Made by a program: the position numbers and the translations under genes. Of a DNA stretch of 32,000 nt, positions 24,880-32,000 are shown in pieces (the first letter of the stretch is position 1; each line of letters starts with the position of its first letter). Source of the stretch: Ruminococcus albus 7 = DSM 20455 (lineage in GTDB: Bacteria > Bacillota > Clostridia > Oscillospirales > Ruminococcaceae); NCBI RefSeq assembly GCF_000179635.2, contig NC_014833.1, positions 1,470,001 to 1,502,000 of the forward strand, in the 5' to 3' direction. Below the pieces are notes generated by a model, which was given only the letters and a program-made list of their open reading frames with translations, did not search any database and was not told where the DNA came from.

Positions 24880-25221
24880 TTATTTTGCGGTGTACCATTC
24901 CTGATTCCAGTTCTTCCTATCCCTCTCCACATTGAGTTTTGCGCGCATCTGCTTTATCTTATAGTCCAGCTCACTGACCAGCTTACTGACTGCGGCGGCA
25001 TTATAGCCGATGACCCTTGCTGCACGCAGCGGTGTATTCCTGTATGGTTCGGGGAGGGAATAACTCTTGTTCCATGATTTGAGTTTCCAGCATTCTTCCA
25101 GGGCTTTCAGTTCGGCATTCATATTTGAAAGCAGCCGCAGGACATCCCGTGTTTCATAGCCGCTGCCCCGTTCCTCATGCAGATCATCCACGCCTGCGGG
25201 AAGGTCTTTGGGATTAAACAT
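24880..25221 (-). CDS. small hypothetical protein with a possible C-terminal helix-turn-helix (113 aa)
   Basis: ATG at 25221 lies 8 nt after AAAGGAG on the minus strand. The segment TPLRAARVIGYNAAAVSKLVSEL is HTH-like. The gene is divergent from the phage packaging genes. Confidence 0.5.
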   Translation of the reverse strand: MFNPKDLPAGVDDLHEERGSGYETRDVLRLLSNMNAELKALEECWKLKSWNKSYSLPEPYRNTPLRAARVIGYNAAAVSKLVSELDYKIKQMRAKLNVERDRKNWNQEWYTAK

Positions 25222-25494
25222 AAGCACACTCCTTTCTGTGGGATCAAGGTAATAAATACGAGTCGGAACTATGTGGATAATATACATAATCCCTGCTTTT
25301 ATGAAGTAAAATTCTGTACTTTACCTCAGTATAATTATAGCACAATGAGTTGTGTTTTTCAATGGGTAAAAATATATTTTGATAATTTAGCCTATTAATA
25401 TTTGTATAAGAGAATGTTGTGAGTAGTGCATATATGGTGAGGGTCAGATTTGGGTAAACAACTGTTTTTTGTTTTAACTCGGACATATTTCTGC

Positions 25495-25522
25495 AAAAGT
25501 TGTACAAAAACGTACAACTTTT
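25495..25522. promoter_or_regulatory. perfect 11-bp inverted repeat (possible operator or packaging-related site)
   Basis: AAAAGTTGTAC (25495-25505), loop AAAAAC, GTACAACTTTT (25512-25522). It lies about 60 nt upstream of terS. Confidence 0.3.
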
Positions 25523-25585
25523 GGGGGGTAAAAGGGTGATAGTGAAAGGGCTTTCGTGAGGAAGCAAAGAAAAGGAGGAAATATT

Positions 25586-26083
25586 ATGCAGATAACACCA
25601 ACTAAATTTGCGAAGATGTTCGTGAGGACAAGAAACGGTTCGGAGAGTGCGGTGAGGCTTGGAGCAGGACCCGAGGAGGCTAAGGCGCTTGAAGCGGATA
25701 TGCTGGCGAGAAAGTCCGTAAGACGTGCGATACGCAAGCTGGACAGTGAGGATGAACAGAACCTGTGTTATGTGAAGACGGGGCTATCGCGCCTTGCTTT
25801 CGGGAGCATAAACGATGCGGCGGCTCTGCTTTTTGCGGAGGAACCTACGAGGGAACAGGTGCTTTCGGCTGACCTTTTCAATGTTGCGGAGATAAAGAAG
25901 GTCAAGGGGGGCGGTGTTGAGATGAAATTTTATGACAGGCAGAAGGCTCTGGAGAAACTGGTGGAGCTTGACCCTGAGCTGAGGGAGGTATCGGCGGCGC
26001 AGGAGTTTCTGAATGCGGTATATGCAGGTTCCCACGATATAGGGGATATGACGGAGGAAAAGGGTGATGATGAAGATGAGTAA
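25586..26083 (+). CDS. phage terminase small subunit
   Basis: ATG at 25586 follows AAAGGAGGAAATATT. The protein is small and charged, with an N-terminal HTH-like region, and sits immediately upstream of the large terminase. The pattern KKVKGGGVEMKFYDRQKALEKLVEL is typical of TerS proteins from Firmicute phages. Confidence 0.7.
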   Translation: MQITPTKFAKMFVRTRNGSESAVRLGAGPEEAKALEADMLARKSVRRAIRKLDSEDEQNLCYVKTGLSRLAFGSINDAAALLFAEEPTREQVLSADLFNVAEIKKVKGGGVEMKFYDRQKALEKLVELDPELREVSAAQEFLNAVYAGSHDIGDMTEEKGDDEDE

Positions 26084-26167
26084 GCTATGGGATGAAGTAT
26101 GCGCAGACAGGTGCGGAAGATACGGATATCAAGGGGGGCGGTGCGGTTGAGCAGGAAGCGGTGTCTG

Positions 26168-27397
26168 ATGTTTTCACCGAAGCAGAGGTTTCTGTTCAAG
26201 TGGTGGGCGAACCCTGAGTACCGACGGTACGACGGGATAATCTGCGACGGTGCGGTGAGGTCGGGAAAGACAAGCTGTATGGCGCTGAGTTTTCTGATGT
26301 GGTCTATGGGGCGGTTCGAGGGGAATAATTTCGGGCTGTGCGGTAAGACCATAATCGGGCTGAGGAGAAATCTTGTGACGGAACTGCTGAAATGGGCGGA
26401 GAAGCTGGGTTTCACGGTGACGGAGAATGTATCGAAGAACTACATGGATGTGGATTTTGCCGGAAAGAGGAACAGGTACTACCTTTTCGGCGGAAGGGAT
26501 GAAGCATCGTCGGCGCTGATACAGGGTGTCACGCTGGCTGGGATACTTCTGGACGAAACTGCGCTTATGCCGCGGAGCTTTGTGGAGCAGGCGGTGGCGA
26601 GGTGTTCGGTGAGGGGTTCGAAGCTGTGGTTCAACTGCAACCCCGACAATCCCTATCACTGGTTCAAGCGTGAATGGATAGACAAAGCGGCGGAGAAAAA
26701 TCTGCTGTACATACATTTTGAGCTGAAGGACAACCCCTCGCTGAGCGAGGAAGTGAAAAGGCGTTACGAAAGGCTTTATTCGGGTGCGTTTTACGAGAGG
26801 TTCGTTCTGGGGCGGTGGAGTGCGGCTGAGGGACTTATCTATCCCATGTTTGACGAGAAAAAATATGTGTGCGATAAAGCACCCGATGATTGCGAAAGGT
26901 TCGCGGTGAGCTGTGACTACGGGACAGTCAATCCGAGCAGTTTCGGGCTTTGGGGACTGAAGGACGACATATGGTACAGGATAGGGGAGTACTACTACGA
27001 CTCGGCTAAAGAGGGCAGCAGGAGGACGGACGAGGAACACTATGACGCGCTGGAAGAACTGGCGGGGGACAGGGATATAGACTATGTGGTGTGTGATCCC
27101 TCGGCGGCATCTTTCATACAGTGCATACGCAGACATGGGAAATTCCGTGTGATACAGGCGAAGAACGATGTGGTGACGGGTATACGCAGGACACAGGACA
27201 TGATACGCGGCGGACGGCTGATGATATGCAGGGGTTGCGAGGACATACTCCGTGAGTTTACCATGTACCGCTGGGAGGAAGAAAGCGGCAGAGACCGTCC
27301 CATAAAGGAGAACGATCATGCTATGGACGATATGAGGTACTTTGTGTGTTCGGCAGAGGAAGATACGGGCGGCGGATTCGCGGCGATATCGGTATGA
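26168..27397 (+). CDS. phage terminase large subunit (PBSX/Terminase_3-like)
   Basis: Walker A DGAVRSGKT, Walker B ILLDE, and a C-terminal nuclease region with acidic residues (VVCDPSAAS, HAMDDMRY). The start is uncertain: ATG at 26168 is preferred, and ATG at 26099 would add a 23-aa Arg-rich extension. Confidence 0.85.
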   Translation: MFSPKQRFLFKWWANPEYRRYDGIICDGAVRSGKTSCMALSFLMWSMGRFEGNNFGLCGKTIIGLRRNLVTELLKWAEKLGFTVTENVSKNYMDVDFAGKRNRYYLFGGRDEASSALIQGVTLAGILLDETALMPRSFVEQAVARCSVRGSKLWFNCNPDNPYHWFKREWIDKAAEKNLLYIHFELKDNPSLSEEVKRRYERLYSGAFYERFVLGRWSAAEGLIYPMFDEKKYVCDKAPDDCERFAVSCDYGTVNPSSFGLWGLKDDIWYRIGEYYYDSAKEGSRRTDEEHYDALEELAGDRDIDYVVCDPSAASFIQCIRRHGKFRVIQAKNDVVTGIRRTQDMIRGGRLMICRGCEDILREFTMYRWEEESGRDRPIKENDHAMDDMRYFVCSAEEDTGGGFAAISV

Positions 27398-27415
27398 TGA
27401 AAGGAGAGGCTTGGA

Positions 27416-28585
27416 TTGAAGTTATTCGGGAAGAAGGAAAGGGAAGAAAAATCCTACGAAAGGCAGTGCTTTTCGGCTGAGGCAGGGGACAGCATATTCC
27501 GTCTGGCGGCGGACGAGGGCTGTCTTGAAGGGGGGATATATGACGGGCTGAGGGCTATGGTGCCTGTGATAGATGCCTGTTTCGGGAAGATAATACGTCT
27601 GGTGGGAGATTTCAGGGTAAAGGCGAGAGATGAGAGGTATTCTGACGAACTGGAAAGATTCTGTCGTGAAGTGACGGTGGGGATATCGGGAAAAAGCCTG
27701 AACACCTTCGCGGATATGTACCTTGACAGTCTGCTGACCTACGGCAGGGCTGTGGGCAGGATAGTGACGGACATGGACACTATGACGGTCAGGGGGCTTG
27801 TGGTGGGGGACAGCAGTCTTTTCAGGGTGAAGCAGGGGAAAGGTGAGATGGACAGGGAGTTCTGTTTTTACGGGGGCGGTGAGGTGAAGAAGATACCCGA
27901 GCCCGACAAGCTTCTGTACACGACACTGAACCCCAGTCCCAAGCATCCTGACGGAGTATCGGTACTGCGGGGACTGCCTGCAATAAGCAGTGTACTTATG
28001 AGGATATACCAGTGCATAGGGCAGAACTTCGACAGGGTGGGTAATGTGAGGTACGCGGTGGCTTACAAGCCTGCGGAGGACGGTACGGACAAGAGGTACG
28101 CACGAGAGAGGGCGCAGGAGATAGCGGCGGCATGGGCGGACGGTATGCAGAGCGCCAAGAACGGTATCGTCAAGGATTTTATAACCGTGGGTGATGTGGA
28201 TATAAAGGTCATCGGGGCGGAAAATCAGCTTATCGACACGGAGGTGCCTGTGCGACAGCTTCTGGAACAGCTGATATCAAAGCTTTCGGTACCGCCTTTT
28301 CTGCTGGGGCTGAACTGGTCTACCACGGAGAGGATGAGCAGTCAGCAGGCGGATATACTCACAAGTGAACTGGAGTATTACAGGCGTTTGCTTGAGCCTG
28401 TACTCAGGGATATATGCGATGCTTTTCTGATGACCTGCGGTACGGACTGCGGTGTGGACATCGAATGGGGGAACATAAATCTTCAGGACGAAGAAGCGCT
28501 GGCGAGGTCAAGGCTTTACAATGCGCAGGCGAGGAAGATAGAGCTGGAAAATGAAGAAGCCGAAGAAAGGAGAAACGGGAAATGA
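27416..28585 (+). CDS. phage portal protein
   Basis: Position directly after terL, a size of 389 aa, a TTG start 6 nt after AAAGGAGAGG, and an acidic C-terminus. The family assignment (HK97-like) is by context. Confidence 0.75.
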   Translation: MKLFGKKEREEKSYERQCFSAEAGDSIFRLAADEGCLEGGIYDGLRAMVPVIDACFGKIIRLVGDFRVKARDERYSDELERFCREVTVGISGKSLNTFADMYLDSLLTYGRAVGRIVTDMDTMTVRGLVVGDSSLFRVKQGKGEMDREFCFYGGGEVKKIPEPDKLLYTTLNPSPKHPDGVSVLRGLPAISSVLMRIYQCIGQNFDRVGNVRYAVAYKPAEDGTDKRYARERAQEIAAAWADGMQSAKNGIVKDFITVGDVDIKVIGAENQLIDTEVPVRQLLEQLISKLSVPPFLLGLNWSTTERMSSQQADILTSELEYYRRLLEPVLRDICDAFLMTCGTDCGVDIEWGNINLQDEEALARSRLYNAQARKIELENEEAEERRNGK

Positions 28586-29430
28586 GCGGTGAGAGTATAG
28601 GCATAACAGAGGAAGTTATGGAGAAGATAAACGGTTACGCGGTGGGGGAGCTGAAAAGCGAGCAGGTGTACTGTTTCAGCGTACTGCTTTGCGACAACGA
28701 TGTGGACAGGGACTATGAGAGGTTCTCTGACGAAGCACTGGACAGGCTGGCTGTGATGTTCAAGGGCAGGACGGGGATATTCGACCATGACCACAGAAGC
28801 AGGGGTCAGACGGCGAGGATATACGACACGGAAGTGAGGTCTTACCCTGACAGAAAGACTATGGACGGCAGGGATTACAGGGCGCTGATAGGCTTTGCCT
28901 ACATGGTGAGGACGGAGGATAACAAGTCGCTGATAGCGGAGATAGAGGGGGGCATAAAGAAAGAGGTATCGGTGGGGTGTTCGGTGGCGAAGCGGATATG
29001 CTCGGTATGCGGTGCGGACGGTGCCAAGGGGGGCTGTAACCATATCAAGGGGCGAAGCTACGGCGGAAAGCTCTGTTATGTGGAACTTGATGAACCTCTG
29101 GACGCTTACGAGTGGAGCTTTGTGGCGGTGCCTGCACAGAGGGCGGCAGGAGTGACTAAGGTCTACGGTGAGAGGGAAGTTAACGCGGAGATAGAAAGGC
29201 TCAGGGCGGCGCAGGAGAGTTTCTGTGAAGACCTGAGAGGGGATATCATCAGGCTGGGGTGCTTTGTGAAGAATGCGGACATGGGTGAGGTGGACAAGCT
29301 TGATGTGTTCGCCTTGCTGGAGCTGAAAAAGAAGCTGTCACGTCAGCTGAGAGAGGAAGCCGTCACGGAGAGGGCGGCAGGTATAGCGGCTGCGGAGGAC
29401 GATGAGAGTATGAAGGCTTTCAGGGTTTAG
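28582..29430 (+). CDS. prohead protease/scaffold-like protein with an internal Cys cluster
   Basis: ATGA overlap with the portal stop. N-terminal half VDRDYERFSDEAL...GIFDHDH...EVSVGCSV resembles HK97/U35-type prohead proteases. It carries CSVCGADGAKGGCNH and a coiled-coil acidic C-terminus typical of scaffolds. Confidence 0.55.
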   Translation: MSGESIGITEEVMEKINGYAVGELKSEQVYCFSVLLCDNDVDRDYERFSDEALDRLAVMFKGRTGIFDHDHRSRGQTARIYDTEVRSYPDRKTMDGRDYRALIGFAYMVRTEDNKSLIAEIEGGIKKEVSVGCSVAKRICSVCGADGAKGGCNHIKGRSYGGKLCYVELDEPLDAYEWSFVAVPAQRAAGVTKVYGEREVNAEIERLRAAQESFCEDLRGDIIRLGCFVKNADMGEVDKLDVFALLELKKKLSRQLREEAVTERAAGIAAAEDDESMKAFRV

Positions 29431-29619
29431 GAGATAACAAAAATAAGGGAATAATTTTGGACATATAACGACAGCGGGAGTGTCAGCCGACAGCGGGACT
29501 GAGGGTCTTATGGGGCATTAGCGGTGAGGACACGGGTGCAGTCGCAGTAAGAAATGAACGCGCCCTGTATCTGTCGGGGGTGCGGGATAAGATGACGGCA
29601 GAGGAAAACGGAGGTAATT

Positions 29620-30591
29620 ATGTACGACAATATCAGACTTGAAAGATCACTTTACAACATCACAGGCAAGAGCTTTACACAGGCACTCACGGAGCTTGAC
29701 CCCGATGAGGGCTACAAGGGTACTGAGCTTGGGGGGCTGGATGCATTTGAAAGACAGCTGAAGCGCTTCGGCATAAAGGTATCGGGGGCGGACAGCGACA
29801 TGGTGGAGAAGTTCTTCGTAACGGCGCAGTCGGCGGTGCTTTTCCCGGAATACGTCAGGAGGATGATAAAGAAGGGCGTTGACAAGGTGAGCATAGCTGA
29901 GAGCGTATGCGGAGCGGTATCACGGACTGACGGCATGGATTTCAGGGGATTCACCATAACCCACACGGGCAGCAACCCTGTACCTCAGGGTACGGCACTG
30001 CCTTCCACCACGGTGGTGCTTGACAGTACACCCAGCGATATAAAGAAATTCGCGAGGATGCTGAAATGCTCATACGAATCGGTGAGAAAGCAGAGACTGG
30101 AGGCTTTCGGCATAGTACTCAGGGACATAGGTGCATCGGTGGGCAGAGCCCTCAACAGCTATATATGCACCACACTTATAACAGGTGTTACACCGTCCTC
30201 GATAGAGGGTGACGAGATAACCTATGAGGACATAGCTAAATTCTGGAGCGATATGACAGATCACGATATGGACGTTATGGTGTGCAGTCCTGCGATAATG
30301 GCTGAGATACTTGCACTGCCTGAGATGAAGTTCTGCATCGGTGACTTTATGACAAGCGGCAGGATAAAGACACCCTACGGTGTGACGCTGGTGAAGTGTT
30401 CGCAGATGCCTGCAAACAAGGTACTGGGCGTTGACAGCACTGCGGCGGCTGAGCTGATACTCGGCAGTGATGTGACAGTGGACAGCGACAAGCTGATAAG
30501 CACGCAGATGAACGAGATAAGCTGTTCACTGCTGGCAGGTGTTACAAAGGTATGCGGTGACGCGGTGGGTGTACTGCTGACGGGTATATGA
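29620..30591 (+). CDS. phage major capsid protein
   Basis: Position after the protease/scaffold gene, 323 aa, strong RBS AACGGAGGTAATT, and N-terminus MYDNIRLERSLYN. Stable hairpins follow the stop, as is common after capsid genes. Confidence 0.75.
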   Translation: MYDNIRLERSLYNITGKSFTQALTELDPDEGYKGTELGGLDAFERQLKRFGIKVSGADSDMVEKFFVTAQSAVLFPEYVRRMIKKGVDKVSIAESVCGAVSRTDGMDFRGFTITHTGSNPVPQGTALPSTTVVLDSTPSDIKKFARMLKCSYESVRKQRLEAFGIVLRDIGASVGRALNSYICTTLITGVTPSSIEGDEITYEDIAKFWSDMTDHDMDVMVCSPAIMAEILALPEMKFCIGDFMTSGRIKTPYGVTLVKCSQMPANKVLGVDSTAAAELILGSDVTVDSDKLISTQMNEISCSLLAGVTKVCGDAVGVLLTGI

Positions 30592-30612
30592 CAGGAAGTA
30601 TTTTTGAAAAGG

Positions 30613-30645
30613 GGCGGTCTTCGGACTGCCTCGCCCTACGGGGCG
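30613..30645 (+). promoter_or_regulatory. two adjacent GC-rich hairpins after the capsid gene (UUCG tetraloop); attenuator/partial terminator-like
   Basis: GGCGGTC-TTCG-GACTGCC (30613-30630) and CGCCC-TAC(G)-GGGCG (30632-30645). There is no U tract. Confidence 0.35.
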
Positions 30646-30658
30646 GAAAGGAGGACTT

Positions 30659-31024
30659 ATGCTCGACTTTGACAGAGTGCTGCTGTACTTTCAGCAGTTG
30701 AGCGGCTGCAGGGCTGAAAAGACAGATGAAGCCGCGGTGCTGGTGATGTCGGCTATGAAGTCGGTGGAGGACAGCATTGATGAGGAAAGGATGAGATACG
30801 ATGCTGTGCCTGCCTGCGAATATGCGGCTGCCTGCACAGCGGTATACGACTATGTATGCCGCGAGGCAGGACGTGAACAGAACGCGGTGACAGCATCGGG
30901 GAGTGCTGATATCAACAGGGATCTCAGCCACAGGATAAAGGCGGCGGAAAAGCTGAAAGATCAGGCTATGGCGAGGATAGAATGGCTGATGCCCGAGGGC
31001 GGATTCATATTCAGGACGATGTGA
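30659..31024 (+). CDS. phage head-tail connector/adaptor-like protein (tentative)
   Basis: Size (121 aa) and position immediately after the capsid gene. RBS GAAAGGAGGAC. Confidence 0.5.
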   Translation: MLDFDRVLLYFQQLSGCRAEKTDEAAVLVMSAMKSVEDSIDEERMRYDAVPACEYAAACTAVYDYVCREAGREQNAVTASGSADINRDLSHRIKAAEKLKDQAMARIEWLMPEGGFIFRTM

Positions 31025-31036
31025 GGAGGAATAAAT

Positions 31037-31486
31037 ATGTGCAGGATACTTACGGACAGCCTTGGGCTGACGGGGATAAAGTCGGCGCTGAATGAGGTGC
31101 TGGAAAATGCAGGATTTACGGCTTTGGAGGAATATACTGACATTGTACTCACGGATATAGAGGGGTGCAGTGCTGTGTGGGCACTGGAGGACATAAAGCT
31201 GACGGATGCAGGCAGACGCATAGACTCGGGGGATGCGGCTGTGCTGGGAGAGATAGGGTTCAGGGTGAAGCTTATGGGTAAAACGGGAATGTTCGGAGAT
31301 CATATCACCTTTGATGACAGATGCTCGGAGGCGTGTGCAGGTGCCGCTATGATACGAAACTACGGTAGTGTCAGTGTGACGCTGGGGGCTGTAAAGAATG
31401 ATACGCAGATATGGCGGCTGGTGCGTGAGATGAGGGTAGTATTCGGGGTAAGCATGAAGCAGACCCATGAGGGGAGCGCGGTGTGA
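31037..31486 (+). CDS. phage structural protein, function unknown
   Basis: RBS GAGGAGGAATAAAT before the ATG. It overlaps the next gene by 4 nt and is part of the collinear head-completion block. Confidence 0.55.
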   Translation: MCRILTDSLGLTGIKSALNEVLENAGFTALEEYTDIVLTDIEGCSAVWALEDIKLTDAGRRIDSGDAAVLGEIGFRVKLMGKTGMFGDHITFDDRCSEACAGAAMIRNYGSVSVTLGAVKNDTQIWRLVREMRVVFGVSMKQTHEGSAV

Positions 31487-31848
31487 TGGCATTTGAGATA
31501 GCGCCGCCTGTCAGGCATACCCTTACGGTCAGCGGACATACCCTTTATCCCGATATACTGGATATATCAAGACGGGATACCGATGTTGAGCACATTAAGG
31601 TCGGGGGAGGTATAATACACAGGACGAACGGTTCCCTTGGGCTGGAGATACTGGCGGCAGGCAGGTTCTCACCCGATGAGCGCGGTGCGGTGCAGGGAGT
31701 TATTGAGAGCTTTGTATCTGACGTACAGACCATAACGGCGGACGGCAGGAACTACGGAGGCATGATACTTCTTGAAGGGGTGCTGGCTGAAAAGGCAGGT
31801 GAGTCAGGGGGAACTTACAGGCTGAGATTCAGCGGATATGAGATATGA
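31483..31848 (+). CDS. phage structural protein, function unknown
   Basis: GTGATG overlap with the upstream stop, same strand and same codon style. Confidence 0.55.
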   Translation: MMAFEIAPPVRHTLTVSGHTLYPDILDISRRDTDVEHIKVGGGIIHRTNGSLGLEILAAGRFSPDERGAVQGVIESFVSDVQTITADGRNYGGMILLEGVLAEKAGESGGTYRLRFSGYEI

Positions 31849-31870
31849 TCACAGTATAAGGAGGAGAGCA

Positions 31871-32000
31871 TGATGCACTGTTATGTAACGCTGGGAGTAA
31901 AAAACGGAGACAGGGTGGTGATGAAGGGGCTGGATGAGTGTACGGCATTCGTATACGAAAAGGCGCTGTATGTGCCGTACACAAGGTTCAGCGGTACTTT
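31871..32000 (+). CDS. 5' part of a further phage gene (truncated by the window end)
   Basis: ATG at 31871 follows AAGGAGGAGAGC. The frame MMHCYVTLGVKNGDRVVMKGLDE.. stays open to the window end. Confidence 0.45.

Larger units (their letters stand above)
25290..32000 (+). mobile_element. phage-derived packaging/head module (prophage, defective prophage or GTA-like element); continues past the window end
   Basis: Collinear terS, terL, portal, protease/scaffold, major capsid and connector genes with overlapping or closely spaced stops and starts. The coding strand is purine-rich, with AGG/GGG/GAG codon usage visibly different from the flanking host genes. Confidence 0.8.

Noticed and set aside
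26092-26217. 41-aa acidic ORF in the terS-terL junction, and the Arg-rich 23-aa N-terminal extension of terL from ATG 26099.
   Set aside because: Neither has support beyond an open frame. ATG at 26168 gives the usual distance of about 35 residues to Walker A. The terL start remains uncertain rather than biologically notable.
26174-27319. 381-aa ORF on the minus strand inside the large terminase gene. Similar long antisense ORFs occur at 27422-27946, 28516-29043 and 30542-31492.
   Set aside because: These are shadows of purine-rich plus-strand genes. The translations are extremely Arg/Pro/His-rich, have no RBS, and overlap genes with clear motifs (Walker A/B, portal, capsid). The phage codon bias suppresses stop codons on the antisense strand.

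Overview
All coordinates and motifs below were read by hand and no searches were run. The window looks like chromosomal DNA from a moderate-GC Firmicute. I infer Clostridia, Ruminococcus/Oscillospiraceae-like, from gene content and promoter/RBS style only.

1-10.2 kb is a plus-strand run:
- a PP-loop TtcA-like tRNA thiolase
- a HAD phosphatase plus an AMP-forming acyl-CoA synthetase
- an operon-like block of ExbB-like channel, ExbD-like protein and a membrane-anchored protein, followed by a patatin lipase and a membrane metallophosphoesterase
- a PepV-type M20 dipeptidase

10.5-18.5 kb holds three large minus-strand signalling proteins, apparently cytoplasmic, built from reused modules. The modules are an HTH-less LacI-type sugar-binding domain, a GAF-like module, a FIST-like domain, a degenerate GGDEF domain and two EAL domains. 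One EAL protein ends in a roughly 370-aa GIG-repeat beta-helix-like region. No intact GGDEF cyclase is present in the window.

18.9-24.8 kb contains:
- a Gfo/Idh/MocA-aldo/keto reductase fusion gene
- an ORF-poor stretch of about 900 nt
- meso-diaminopimelate dehydrogenase
- a tandem array of about 240-bp units (3 full copies plus 1 partial) that includes the last codons of ddh
- a GH5 lipoprotein

From about 25.3 kb to the window end there is an HK97-style phage packaging/head module: TerS, TerL, portal, protease/scaffold, major capsid and connector proteins. It begins abruptly next to host genes.

Several intergenic regions share short conserved sequence blocks. One of them has its own promoter and terminator but no credible ORF, so it is a candidate structured ncRNA.

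I found no rRNA, tRNA or CRISPR array.
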